Below, piece by piece: positions 35,960-45,391 of a stretch of DNA of 62,326 nucleotides (within the stretch, counting starts at the first letter, position 1; each line of letters begins with the position of its first letter). The translations under genes and the position numbers were made by a program. The notes below the pieces were generated by a model that ran no database searches, had not been told where the DNA came from, and saw only the letters and a program-made list of their open reading frames with translations. This DNA is from a virus (Duplodnaviria > Heunggongvirae > Uroviricota > Caudoviricetes): IMG/VR virus record IMGVR_UViG_3300047470_000520; one strand, 5' to 3'.

Positions 35960-38302
35960 ATGTTAAATCTGTACGTCATGCGCGGGCCTCAAGGTTCGGG
36001 GAAGTCTACGTTTTTGTCCAAGGCGGGCTTGCTGCCGTGGACAGTCTCACCAGATCAGCTGCGCCAGATGTATGGCTCTTTTGCGATGAGCAGCAATGGC
36101 GCCGTTGGCTTGTCTCATCAGCACGAAGACTACGTGTTTGCCAAGCTGACGGAGATCCTTGAACAGCGCATGCGTTATGGCGAAACGACCATTGTCGACG
36201 CCACTCATTCCAATGCCGACTACAAGCGTTATCTGCAGCTCGCGGATAAGTGGGGTTACTCGCTCAAGTGCATCTCCATGGGCGAAGGCATGGCCCTTGA
36301 TGACTTGATGAGCAACGTCCAGAAGCGAGCAGTGAACGACCCTGGGTCTTTGGTGCCGAAGGAGAACATCGCTCGGGCTATGAAGGATTTGGCCGAGAAA
36401 CAGGTGCCTAAGCAGTTCACCATGCTGACGCCGCAGGAGGCGCTCTCAGAGATCAACGCCGGGCCCATTGACCTGACAGGTCAGTACAAAAACATCGTGT
36501 TCGTAGGCGACGTACAGGGCTGTGCGACCCCATTGCGCCGGCTGCTGGACAAGCATTACAGCGACGACACGCTGTTTATATTCGTGGGTGATCTGTTTGA
36601 CCGTGGCCCCGAAAATGGTGAGGTCTTCCAGATCATGCAGGAGTTGCTGAAAAAGCCCAACGTGCGATTGATGTGCGGCAACCATGAGCGCCACATCCAA
36701 ACCTGGATTAACGGCCTGGAAACACCGAACGAGTTTCGGCTCAATACGCTGCCTCAATTGTTCAAGTTCGGCTTCGACCGAGAGTCAGCGCTGGCGCTGC
36801 GTGATCGCTGGGAGCATTTGCTCCAGTTCCAGTTCAATGAATCATTGATCCAGGTCACCCACGGCGGCGCACCGGCTGTCATTGAGCGACCAGGGTTGTT
36901 CGGTGCCCACCAGTGCTGGAAAGGTGTGGGTGAGTACAACGATGACATCGACTCTGTTTTTGACAAGACAGCACCGGCACCATGGTTCCAGGTTCACGGT
37001 CACCGTAACTCGCACCAGCGCGACCTGAAGCCAAGTCAGCGCAGCTTTAACCTGGAGTCCTCCGTAGAGTTCGGCGGTGAGCTGCGGGCATTGTCATTCA
37101 ACGGAGAGCGTTTCGCTCCAATCCACGTTCCAAATAAGGTGTTCATTCCAATGGCAAATCGCAACCTCGCTTATGACAAGCTGGTTCCAGCGTGGATCAA
37201 GGACGTACAAGCCAACGTGGCGTCGATTGAGAACCCGGAAACCGAAGGCACCTTAGTGGCGCCACAAGCCCTGGACGATCTTCGCAACCACAAGCTGGTG
37301 CGCGAGATGATTCAGAAGGATTTGCCGCACGTGTCGAGTTTCAATTTCACGCGTGATGCGTTCTATCAGCAGAGCTACGACTCCTGTAACACCTCGGCCC
37401 GTGGTCTGTACATCAACACAGAAACCCGTGAGGTGGTCATTCGTGGGTACGACAAGTACTTCAACATCAATGAGCGCAACATTGCGTCTGCCAAGCTCAG
37501 CGAAGTTTTGAAGAACACCAGTCCGCCATACACCACGTCGATCAAGGAGAACGGCTATCTTGGCCTGGTGGGTTACGACCGCACCACAGATGAGCTGGTC
37601 TGCGCTTCGAAGTCGACGATCTCAGGTGATCACGCAGTATGGGTCAAAGAGCGCTTGTACGAGCAACTGTCGCCGACCCAGGTGATGAACCTCAAGATCA
37701 TGCTGCGAGACTGCCAGATGTCGCTCGCGTTTGAGGTTATCGAGCCTGAGCGTGATCCGCACATCATTGAGTACAGCAAGCCTGGGCTGGTGCTACTCGA
37801 TGGTATTCGCCGCAGTCTGGCATTCGAGAAGCTGAGCCGGGCGCAACTGCAAGTAGTGGCTGACCAGTTCGGTTTCCAGTGCCGTGCCGATGGCCCACGC
37901 TTTCCAAACAAGACCACCATGGCGCAGTTTCTGGTGGGCGTATCCAAAAATGGCTTCAGGCACAATCTGAAGGAAATTGAGGGTCTGGTGGTCGAGGATG
38001 CCAATGGCCACATGGTTAAGCTTAAGCTGCCGTACTACTCGCTGTGGAAGGCTTGCCGGTCAGGCATGGAAGCGGTGGTGCGCCAGCGCGAGACTGGTCG
38101 GGACATCAAGGCTCACCACCTGGTGGATCCGACCGTGGCAGCCTTCATAGGCTGGCTGCAGGGTAAAGAATCAGCGCTCGCCGAAGGCGACATCATCACA
38201 GCGCGTAAAGCGTTTCTGATCGATCACCCTGAGTACGAGAATGCCTCGTTTGATCGGTTCGTGATTAAGCATGAAGCCGAAGAGTGTTCGGTGAGTCTTT
38301 AA
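35960..38302 (+). CDS. Polynucleotide kinase / metallophosphoesterase / Rnl1-type ligase fusion (RNA end-healing and sealing)
   Basis: P-loop GPQGSGKST and IVDATH; phosphoesterase GDVQG, GDLFDRG, GNHE, HGH; ligase ARGL, RGYDKYFN, KENG, EGLV, KLK. Confidence 0.9.
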   Translation: MLNLYVMRGPQGSGKSTFLSKAGLLPWTVSPDQLRQMYGSFAMSSNGAVGLSHQHEDYVFAKLTEILEQRMRYGETTIVDATHSNADYKRYLQLADKWGYSLKCISMGEGMALDDLMSNVQKRAVNDPGSLVPKENIARAMKDLAEKQVPKQFTMLTPQEALSEINAGPIDLTGQYKNIVFVGDVQGCATPLRRLLDKHYSDDTLFIFVGDLFDRGPENGEVFQIMQELLKKPNVRLMCGNHERHIQTWINGLETPNEFRLNTLPQLFKFGFDRESALALRDRWEHLLQFQFNESLIQVTHGGAPAVIERPGLFGAHQCWKGVGEYNDDIDSVFDKTAPAPWFQVHGHRNSHQRDLKPSQRSFNLESSVEFGGELRALSFNGERFAPIHVPNKVFIPMANRNLAYDKLVPAWIKDVQANVASIENPETEGTLVAPQALDDLRNHKLVREMIQKDLPHVSSFNFTRDAFYQQSYDSCNTSARGLYINTETREVVIRGYDKYFNINERNIASAKLSEVLKNTSPPYTTSIKENGYLGLVGYDRTTDELVCASKSTISGDHAVWVKERLYEQLSPTQVMNLKIMLRDCQMSLAFEVIEPERDPHIIEYSKPGLVLLDGIRRSLAFEKLSRAQLQVVADQFGFQCRADGPRFPNKTTMAQFLVGVSKNGFRHNLKEIEGLVVEDANGHMVKLKLPYYSLWKACRSGMEAVVRQRETGRDIKAHHLVDPTVAAFIGWLQGKESALAEGDIITARKAFLIDHPEYENASFDRFVIKHEAEECSVSL

Positions 38303-38312
38303 CCCAGACGAG

Positions 38313-38349
38313 AAAAAGCCACGCTCAGTTAAATGGGCGTGGCTTTTTT
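38313..38349. terminator. Bidirectional intrinsic terminator
   Basis: AAAAAGCCACGC-loop-GCGTGGCTTTTTT between convergent genes. Confidence 0.85.
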
Positions 38350-38375
38350 GTGTATAGAGCGACTGCAGTTGTGAC

Positions 38376-38768
38376 TCAGCCCAATACCTGTTGGAGTCCA
38401 GCGGTCAGGCTGGCCAGGTCTTTGATCTCTTCCGGAGTAGTCGCACTTTCGAAGATTTTGACGTAATCGGCGCGGCCAGGCCAAGACATGAAGTCTACAG
38501 ACAAGGTCACACTGCCTTCGTCCAGGTCATAGTGGTGAATGAATCGAAATCTTTGAAGGCGGGGTTCATTCGTGATGGTGATGAAGGAGTTGGCGATTTC
38601 ATTCACCAGCGCGAAGTTTCCAGGCAAGCCTTCTTTTTCAGCGGCTTCTTCCTGTTCCTGACTGCAATCCAGTGCAACAGCAGTCGGGTACGAGGGTGAT
38701 TCCTTGACCATCTTGCCGAGAAGATGGCAGGCGTAAATCGAAAGTTTTGGCTGGGCGGTAACGGTCAT
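38376..38768 (-). CDS. Hypothetical protein
   Basis: Start MTVTAQ (38768); the ORF track extends to 38828. Confidence 0.65.
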   Translation of the reverse strand: MTVTAQPKLSIYACHLLGKMVKESPSYPTAVALDCSQEQEEAAEKEGLPGNFALVNEIANSFITITNEPRLQRFRFIHHYDLDEGSVTLSVDFMSWPGRADYVKIFESATTPEEIKDLASLTAGLQQVLG

Positions 38769-38860
38769 CTGAAAACCCTCGTGGTTTATGACGAAATCAT
38801 GCCTGAAGAATTGGCAGCTCGTCGACATGTGCTGCTACAAGTCTTGCGTTTTGCTCAGGA

Positions 38861-39139
38861 TCAGCTGTGTTTCCCGACCATGGCCTTTGCTTTGGTCGTC
38901 ATCATTTCCAGAGAATACTTGCCAGTGCCTTCCAGGGTCGCGACCATCTGGCTCAAGAGTTTGTACATTTCCGGCGCGTCTTCGATTAAGGCCACGTTGG
39001 CCTCGAACTCCTCACGGGGAATCTCAGAGGCCGATTGTAGAGGCCGGCAGATGGGCTGAGTCCGCTCTGCCGCGTAGATGTAACGGTTGGCGTTGCCGCC
39101 TTGCTGGAGCTTCCAGCGTCCTTTGGAAAATCGGCTCAT
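38861..39139 (-). CDS. Hypothetical protein (phage-like small gene)
   Basis: 92 aa; GPW-type N-terminus and ANVALIEDAPEMYKLL pattern. Confidence 0.65.
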   Translation of the reverse strand: MSRFSKGRWKLQQGGNANRYIYAAERTQPICRPLQSASEIPREEFEANVALIEDAPEMYKLLSQMVATLEGTGKYSLEMMTTKAKAMVGKHS

Positions 39140-39163
39140 GAGTATCCCCTTGAAGGTTCGGCT

Positions 39164-39409
39164 TTAAGTCAGCAGGCGCTTGGCGTACAGATGAGAGCGA
39201 ACGCGACCCAGGGCCCGGCCACGGTCGTGGTGGATCTTGCCGTACGAACGGAAGTCCAGAGGATCGGTTCCGTACCAGTAGCCACTGAAGACGTACAGGC
39301 CGGGGCGCATCACCTGCACGTTGGTGGTCTTGATGTCTTTGAGGGTTACGCGCAGCACAACACCTTTACGGCTGTAGCCTGGCAGTGATACCAATTGTCC
39401 GTGGTGCAT
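39164..39409 (-). CDS. Hypothetical protein
   Basis: 81 aa in operon-like run. Confidence 0.6.
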   Translation of the reverse strand: MHHGQLVSLPGYSRKGVVLRVTLKDIKTTNVQVMRPGLYVFSGYWYGTDPLDFRSYGKIHHDRGRALGRVRSHLYAKRLLT

Positions 39410-39445
39410 TTTTAACTCCTTGACCCTAACGGTCGGTGTAAACGG

Positions 39446-39724
39446 CTACTTCCATTCGCCTCTGCGCGCCTGGATGTCATTCAGCACGGCCAGAAAGCAC
39501 TTCTTGGCCTCTGCGGTATTTTTCGTGTCGATCTCTTCGACAAAGAAGTCCTCGCAGAACAGTGCAAAGACGCCATTTGGCTGAGCTTCGGCCAGTAGGT
39601 ACTTCGCAACGACCTTGGTGTCCTTCTCGGCGAAGAACTGATCAAAGCCGTAGTAGGGTTCTCCTTCCTGAGCGGCGATCAGATGCTTCCAGGCGGCGTC
39701 AAAGTCAAACTTGGCTTTCGGCAT
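39446..39724 (-). CDS. Hypothetical protein
   Basis: 92 aa. Confidence 0.7.
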   Translation of the reverse strand: MPKAKFDFDAAWKHLIAAQEGEPYYGFDQFFAEKDTKVVAKYLLAEAQPNGVFALFCEDFFVEEIDTKNTAEAKKCFLAVLNDIQARRGEWK

Positions 39725-39739
39725 TGCAGGGAGTCTCTA

Positions 39740-40312
39740 TTATTTTTGCAGCCAGTAGGACAGCTTTGGATACACCGGAAGGTTGCGGCGCGGATTGGCT
39801 CTGGTCACACAAAACCCAGCGTGCATGAGGCCGTGGATGCCAAGGTATTGCCTCATCATCAACATGACGCGCATATCTGCACCATCGCCTTCGTATTCTG
39901 AATCAAGAATGATGACTTCCGGTGGAATTTCCAGGTACTCGCCAACAGCCCAGGCCCAGGCAGTCGCCTCGGACTCTGAAGCCTGCATGGCGGCTCTGGA
40001 CAACGGATCATCGGGCTCAAGGCCCAGCTTCTTTATCTCGGCGAACATCCGCTCGGTGCCTTCATCCAGGTCGCCGGTCATAAAGTGACGAAACTGCGTC
40101 GGCACAATGGCAAGGTGCCCGGCTTCATGCAGGATGTTCGACACTGGGCACGACGGATCAATTTCCAGTCGACCATCCACCACGCGGATCTGCTCAAGGA
40201 ACGCAGTAGCGCCAGGGACAACGGAGATGGGCAGGCCAATACCGTTCAAAAAGTCCATGGTCTTCGCCACGTAGGGCATAAGCGTATCGCTGTGGGTGAT
40301 TGGCTGAGTCAT
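39740..40312 (-). CDS. HExxH motif protein (possible zinc metallopeptidase fold)
   Basis: NILHEAGHLA with downstream ESEATAWA. Confidence 0.65.
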   Translation of the reverse strand: MTQPITHSDTLMPYVAKTMDFLNGIGLPISVVPGATAFLEQIRVVDGRLEIDPSCPVSNILHEAGHLAIVPTQFRHFMTGDLDEGTERMFAEIKKLGLEPDDPLSRAAMQASESEATAWAWAVGEYLEIPPEVIILDSEYEGDGADMRVMLMMRQYLGIHGLMHAGFCVTRANPRRNLPVYPKLSYWLQK

Positions 40313-40620
40313 GCGGGGAACGCATGCTTGCGATCCAACCAGGATCGGGTTTCCATTTGTCCGGAGTTGTCGATGTCGAAAGGCTTCGGCTCTTTGAAGC
40401 CGCGAGGCAGGCGGTTCTTTTCCGAGAGGCTGCGAATTTTCTTCGACCAGAACTCTTTCCAGGTGCCGCGAGGTGTTCTCGCCTCTTTTGCAACCATGCC
40501 GGACACGAACGTCTTGCCAGCACCGCCTTTACCAAAGACAAATTCCGGATTGAACAGAAGGCCAGTACGCTGAGGAGCACTGGTTTTACGGCGGTTCGAT
40601 TTGGCTTTGGTTCCACGCAT
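40309..40620 (-). CDS. Small basic protein with ParA-like Walker A fragment
   Basis: FGKGGAGKTFVSG in a 103 aa ORF coupled to the downstream gene. Confidence 0.55.
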   Translation of the reverse strand: MRGTKAKSNRRKTSAPQRTGLLFNPEFVFGKGGAGKTFVSGMVAKEARTPRGTWKEFWSKKIRSLSEKNRLPRGFKEPKPFDIDNSGQMETRSWLDRKHAFPA

Positions 40621-40720
40621 GGTTGTTGCTCCTGAAAATCCGTTTTAAGCAGAGTGCTTACTCAATGATGTAACGGTATCTTATTTGAATACCGTTTTCA
40701 ACCATTAACGTCAAAAGCGC

Positions 40721-41236
40721 CTAGCTCATGCCGCCATTGAGCAGAGGTGAGTTCTGGTTGGCTTCCTTCGCAGCAAGCGCGAAGTGCTCACGAATCTTCT
40801 CGAAATCAATGCTGGTGTTCTGGATGCCATGGCTGTTCTGCACGGTTCGATCCCATGGAGTGCCAATCGCATGCGCCATCGACGACAATTGGCGGGTGGT
40901 GTATTCCCGATAGGCGTTCCACACATTACTCAGGAAGGCCTGAACCTCTTTCGAATCGGGTGGGGCGACCAGAATGATGCTGTGGCCTTCCACCTCGATT
41001 GCCCGGCTCGTGATCGGATCAAGGCCAAAATTTATGAAGGCGTGATACACCGAAGCAATGATCGGCCCAGACGGCCATGCCTTAATTTCCTCGTCGATGA
41101 GCCGTTCGCCTGTGTAGCCGGCATACCAGCCTACGGCGTAGTAGATCAGTTTTTGCAGCTTGATGGGGTCAAGGCGTTCGCCAGAGGCTGTGGCCAGATC
41201 CAGGAAGTAGTTTGCAATCGATTCTGCACTGTACAT
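40721..41236 (-). CDS. Panacea-domain antitoxin (DUF4065/SocA/GepA)
   Basis: IANYFL...KLQKLIYY...AW..GP...VY...L....H..GTPW family pattern. Confidence 0.85.
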   Translation of the reverse strand: MYSAESIANYFLDLATASGERLDPIKLQKLIYYAVGWYAGYTGERLIDEEIKAWPSGPIIASVYHAFINFGLDPITSRAIEVEGHSIILVAPPDSKEVQAFLSNVWNAYREYTTRQLSSMAHAIGTPWDRTVQNSHGIQNTSIDFEKIREHFALAAKEANQNSPLLNGGMS

Positions 41237-41313
41237 GACCGCACCTCAGCAAACCGCAATTCGGTATGCTGTGACAATACTCAATAATCAGTGAAATCGC
41301 AAGTCGTTACCGC

Positions 41314-42363
41314 CTAGCCAAGATCACCGTTGCGCTTGGCCACGCTCTGGCTTTGCTGCGGCTCCAGTTCGTAGCTTAGATCTCCATTTTCGCGATCAAT
41401 GCGCTCCTGCTTTCGCGCCAGCGCCTTGGACTCCAGCACCTGATCAACCTCATGCTTTTTAAGAATCATCTGCAGGGAGAGGCCTCGCATGCGCCAGCGC
41501 AGGGCCTTTTGCATGTCAGGGGTGGTGTAGACCTTGGTTTTCAGGATCTCGATGGAGGGATCACCTTCCAGGGCTTCGAGCAGGGCAGGGAGCTTCATGT
41601 TTGAATACGTGTCTCGCCCGCAGCGCAGTTTGACCAGGTCATCGAAGGTTGCGGCATCGCCCAGTGCGTTCATTTTCCTAACGCGCTGGGTAACCACCCG
41701 CTGGTGATCGTTCAAGGCACGCTGGTTTACCGGGGGAAGCTCTGGAATCATCGGGGTGGCCACTCGATCCGTTCGGTAGCGCTTGGCGCTGAGGTCGAGC
41801 ATGCTGAATAGCCAGTCATCCAGAATAATGAAGAACATCTGTCGAAAGACCTGATTGAAGCCATGGCAGCCGATAGGGCATACGCTTCGATCCAGGTTTA
41901 CCCAGCCCAATGCCGTCCAGACCGTCTCAAGCTCTGCAGGCATCAGATCGACAAAGGTAATGTTCGGCACCCGGCCCATGGGGTGGTGATCGCCTTCGCA
42001 ACTGGAGGTGGTGGGAAAGCCTTTGTCGTTAAGTGCCTGGACGAAGGTCTGCAGGCCCAGGTCGACACGCCCCACAGAGCCATCGGCATAACGCAGCGCG
42101 GTGGTTGCATGCGGCTTGGTGAAAACCCTGAAGTGTTCACGCCACGTCGGGTTGAAGCGAAAAGCACTGATTAGTTTGGACACAAAAGCAGGGCTGTTTT
42201 GCTCCTCGCTCATGTGGATGACGAACAGATCTCCAGAATCCGCTTCGATGCGAAGGTCACAAGCGCCGACACGGTAGCGAGTTTCATCGCGTTCAATAAC
42301 AGTCAGCAGGCCGGAAAACTCGCCCACACCCTGGATTCGACGACTGCTCTCTACGTTCATCAC
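41314..42363 (-). CDS. Hypothetical protein
   Basis: 349 aa; central ALNDKGFPTTSSCEGDH motif. Confidence 0.75.
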   Translation of the reverse strand: MMNVESSRRIQGVGEFSGLLTVIERDETRYRVGACDLRIEADSGDLFVIHMSEEQNSPAFVSKLISAFRFNPTWREHFRVFTKPHATTALRYADGSVGRVDLGLQTFVQALNDKGFPTTSSCEGDHHPMGRVPNITFVDLMPAELETVWTALGWVNLDRSVCPIGCHGFNQVFRQMFFIILDDWLFSMLDLSAKRYRTDRVATPMIPELPPVNQRALNDHQRVVTQRVRKMNALGDAATFDDLVKLRCGRDTYSNMKLPALLEALEGDPSIEILKTKVYTTPDMQKALRWRMRGLSLQMILKKHEVDQVLESKALARKQERIDRENGDLSYELEPQQSQSVAKRNGDLG

Positions 42364-42532
42364 GGCTCTCGAAAAGATTTTCCCAATAATACAACAAGCA
42401 GGTGGTTTCAGGCGCCTGTCAATATTGTATTAAATATCGGTCAGGTATAGAGTGGCGCATCCTTTAAAACGTTGTGCCGGCCCTAAAATAAAGGGCTGCA
42501 GACGATTCAACACAGACATCAAGGCATCCATC

Positions 42533-43450
42533 ATGAGTCGAGGGCTGTTTGCGACATTGTTTCTGACCGACTTGGACAACACCCTTTTTCAAAGCAAGTG
42601 GCAGGACAAATCCGGCTTGCACCCCATGAGCAAAACCGCCACAGGCGAACATCATGGCTTTGCCAGCGAGTCCCAGGCCGAACTGTGGGACGCCATGCGT
42701 TACGAGGCTTATTGCCTTGGGGTGACGGCCAGGAGCATGGAACAGGTTAGTCGGGTCGGGGGCTGGAACCCGATTCACGAGCATCAACTCATGCTGGTCG
42801 ATCATGGTCTGACGCTGCTGTACCGCGACATCAGTAAGAGTGACGTGTGGGAGCCGATTGAAGGCTGGAGCGCGCCTTATATTGAGCAGGCCAGGGTCAA
42901 TAACCGCAAGCTGGACAAAGAGGGTGCCAAGCTCTATTTCACCTTGAAGCAGTCAATGCCGGATCTGATCACCGAGCACGAATCAACGCTCCACTACACG
43001 ACTATTCCAGGCAGCGAGAGCGTAAAGGTGTTCTATTCGCTCAGGGCCAATAGCTTCTATGGTCATGAGATCACTCAAAACCGCCAAGACCGTCTCAATC
43101 AGCTGCGCCGGTTGCTGCACACACACATCGCCACCAGCGAGCTGCCAATGAGCTACTTCGAGGTGGATGGCACGTTCTCCTTGCTGCCGGGCTGGTTCAG
43201 CAAAAAGGATGCGGTCAAGCGCCTGCTGGGGCTGTTGAAGGCAACGGAGCCTGGCCTGGATGATCCACGCTTGAATGACGCCATCCGTGCCATTGGCCGT
43301 CCGAAGCTGGTGCTGACGGCGGGCGACGGCCTGGATGACGTGGGGTTCATGGGCCTTGGGCATTTCATGATCACGCCAACCAAGTCGGCGATTGCGAACA
43401 CCCTGACCGAGATCACCAGCGACATTCCGCTGTTGACCGACGTGGCGTAA
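42533..43450 (+). CDS. HAD-superfamily hydrolase
   Basis: Motif I TDLDNTLF, motif III SKKDAV, motif IV AGDGLDD; start at ATG 42533. Confidence 0.8.
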   Translation: MSRGLFATLFLTDLDNTLFQSKWQDKSGLHPMSKTATGEHHGFASESQAELWDAMRYEAYCLGVTARSMEQVSRVGGWNPIHEHQLMLVDHGLTLLYRDISKSDVWEPIEGWSAPYIEQARVNNRKLDKEGAKLYFTLKQSMPDLITEHESTLHYTTIPGSESVKVFYSLRANSFYGHEITQNRQDRLNQLRRLLHTHIATSELPMSYFEVDGTFSLLPGWFSKKDAVKRLLGLLKATEPGLDDPRLNDAIRAIGRPKLVLTAGDGLDDVGFMGLGHFMITPTKSAIANTLTEITSDIPLLTDVA

Positions 43451-43453
43451 CGG

Positions 43454-43480
43454 TTGACATCGGTATTCTGTCAATATACT
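43454..43480 (+). promoter_or_regulatory. Possible promoter with TTGACA/TGTCAA inverted repeat
   Basis: TTGACA, 15 nt, TATACT; spacer shorter than canonical. Confidence 0.3.
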
Positions 43481-43566
43481 GTTATTGAATCGATGTGAAA
43501 TCGCTCGGCGCGAGACCTTCTCCCGAGCGATAATCGAACCAAACAACAGAAGACGGAGTTTTCGCC

Positions 43567-44487
43567 ATGACAGACCAATTGATTACCCTCACCAGTCAGC
43601 TCGACCAGTCTGTCAACTTCATCACCCCGGCCAATGGCGTAGGGTTCTTCGAAGCACGGCATGTCCGTCGCGACCCGGCACCGGGCCAGCTTGTTGATTA
43701 CGTGATCTTCTACCTGTCTTCCCAGTCCGGCTGCAGTCAGGCGTGCCGATTTTGCCACCTGACGGCCACCGGTCAGAACAAGTTCGTCAATGCCGAGTAC
43801 CAGGATTTCATGGATCAGGCGGACACGTTCTTCGCCTTCTATGACAGCCATAAACCAGCGCAGCTGGTGCATTTCAACTTCATGGCCCGTGGCGAAGCGC
43901 TCTGCAACCCGCTGATCATCGGCGACAGCGCCAAGCTGCTCAATGGCCTCAAGGCTTATACCGACCAGCGCGGCCTGGACAGCAAGTTCCTGATCTCGAC
44001 GATCATGCCGACCGAGATGGGTGGCGCGAAACTCACCGACATCTTCCCTGAAGTGCATCCTGAGATTTACTACTCGTTGTACAGCATGAATCCGAAATTC
44101 CGTAAGCGCTGGCTGCCTCGGGCACACACCGCTGAACATGGCCTGGATCTGCTCAAAGAGTGGCAGGACAGCACCGGCAAGGTGCCAAAGATTCACTTCG
44201 CTTTCATCGAAGGCCAGAACGACAGCGAAGACGACATGCTGGAGATCGCGCAAGCCATCAACGAGCGTGAACTGAACGTGAACCTCAACATCGTTCGCTA
44301 CAACCCGCATTCCGAGCGCCATGGCCGCGAGCCGCAAGAGTGCGTGATTCAGCGCAACACCGACCTGCTGGCCGGCTTGATCAAGGCAGAAAGCGTACGC
44401 ATCGTGCCAAAAGTCGGGTTCGATGTGGCGGCAAGCTGCGGCATGTTCGTCGACAAGGATCTTTTTGTGGTCGGTGGCGGTGCATGA
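43567..44487 (+). CDS. RlmN/Cfr-like radical SAM protein (divergent)
   Basis: SSQSGCSQACRFC cluster motif, MARGE (compare MGMGE), C-terminal DVAASCGMF (compare DIDAACGQL). Confidence 0.8.
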   Translation: MTDQLITLTSQLDQSVNFITPANGVGFFEARHVRRDPAPGQLVDYVIFYLSSQSGCSQACRFCHLTATGQNKFVNAEYQDFMDQADTFFAFYDSHKPAQLVHFNFMARGEALCNPLIIGDSAKLLNGLKAYTDQRGLDSKFLISTIMPTEMGGAKLTDIFPEVHPEIYYSLYSMNPKFRKRWLPRAHTAEHGLDLLKEWQDSTGKVPKIHFAFIEGQNDSEDDMLEIAQAINERELNVNLNIVRYNPHSERHGREPQECVIQRNTDLLAGLIKAESVRIVPKVGFDVAASCGMFVDKDLFVVGGGA

Positions 44488-44681
44488 AGATCACCAAAAA
44501 GCCCTCACGAAAGGACTTGCTTAAGGTCATTGCCGAGCTTCAGCGCCTTGTAGGGGCCGCGCACGGCCTGCATGGCAACGACCGCAACCGGATGGGTTTT
44601 GAGGACGGTCAAAAGAGGCTGGAGGAGGCGCATGAGTTGTGCATCCAGGCCCGCGCCTTCGATCCGCCCACCGACCAGTAA
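44484..44681 (+). CDS. Small hypothetical protein
   Basis: MKITKKPSRKDLL..., ATGA overlap with the radical SAM stop. Confidence 0.6.
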   Translation: MKITKKPSRKDLLKVIAELQRLVGAAHGLHGNDRNRMGFEDGQKRLEEAHELCIQARAFDPPTDQ

Positions 44682-44732
44682 AAGCTGGCGGCAAAGGCCG
44701 TCAAACCCTTCATTTTTTTGAGAGTCGCTTCA

Positions 44733-45293
44733 ATGTCCGGATCACAAATTGATTGCCAATTCAGCGGCGAGATCCCTGAATACTGGTACGTCAGACACCT
44801 GCGCAGTCTGCTGCCAATCCTGCCTCAATACCGCCGTCTGTTCAAAGGTGCGCAAGCCGAGCTTGTGTTCATCAAATGCGAAGTGGAAGAGTGCGGTAAT
44901 TTCCGCAGTGGCGGTTCTTACACAAAATTTGATGATGTATGGGAACTTGCGTGGAAATTCAAAGGGGATGTTGACTCATGGTGGGCCAGCCAGAAACAGG
45001 AAGGCTACTTCCTGCGTATCCGCTACACCTACGAACTGCGTGTGTCTGATCCAGCGCTCCAAGGCGATGTAGACGGTGTGTACACATCCACCTCGGTCAA
45101 TAAAAACGACGTCATTCGCCGGATCAAACGCATGATAGGGCCTGGTCTGGTTGTTCGTAGCGAATGCTCTACCAGCCGTAGCGCCATCTTCAAAGCCTGG
45201 AAGCGCTTCAAGTACGCAGGCGCCAAGCAGGCAGCGATGGATCACTGGGAGCGTAAGGCTCGCAAGGACGCCGAAGCATTATCAGCCGCTTAA
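44733..45293 (+). CDS. Hypothetical protein, paralog 1 of 2
   Basis: RRLFKGAQAELVF...YELRVSDPALQGDVDGVY. Confidence 0.75.
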   Translation: MSGSQIDCQFSGEIPEYWYVRHLRSLLPILPQYRRLFKGAQAELVFIKCEVEECGNFRSGGSYTKFDDVWELAWKFKGDVDSWWASQKQEGYFLRIRYTYELRVSDPALQGDVDGVYTSTSVNKNDVIRRIKRMIGPGLVVRSECSTSRSAIFKAWKRFKYAGAKQAAMDHWERKARKDAEALSAA

Positions 45294-45391
45294 CAACAAA
45301 GCCACCCTTAATTGAGTGGCTCATTTCATGTTGATTACGGTATTCAAATAGGATACTGTTTGAGCACTTATTCAAGAAGAGCACACCACAC

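Noticed and set aside
40309-40620. Functional ParA ATPase
   Set aside because: Walker A only; 103 aa is far too short and no Walker B was seen.
43567-44487. Calling the radical SAM gene cfr or rlmN
   Set aside because: It is shorter, lacks the N-terminal domain and the Cys118 equivalent, so the function cannot be assigned from motifs.
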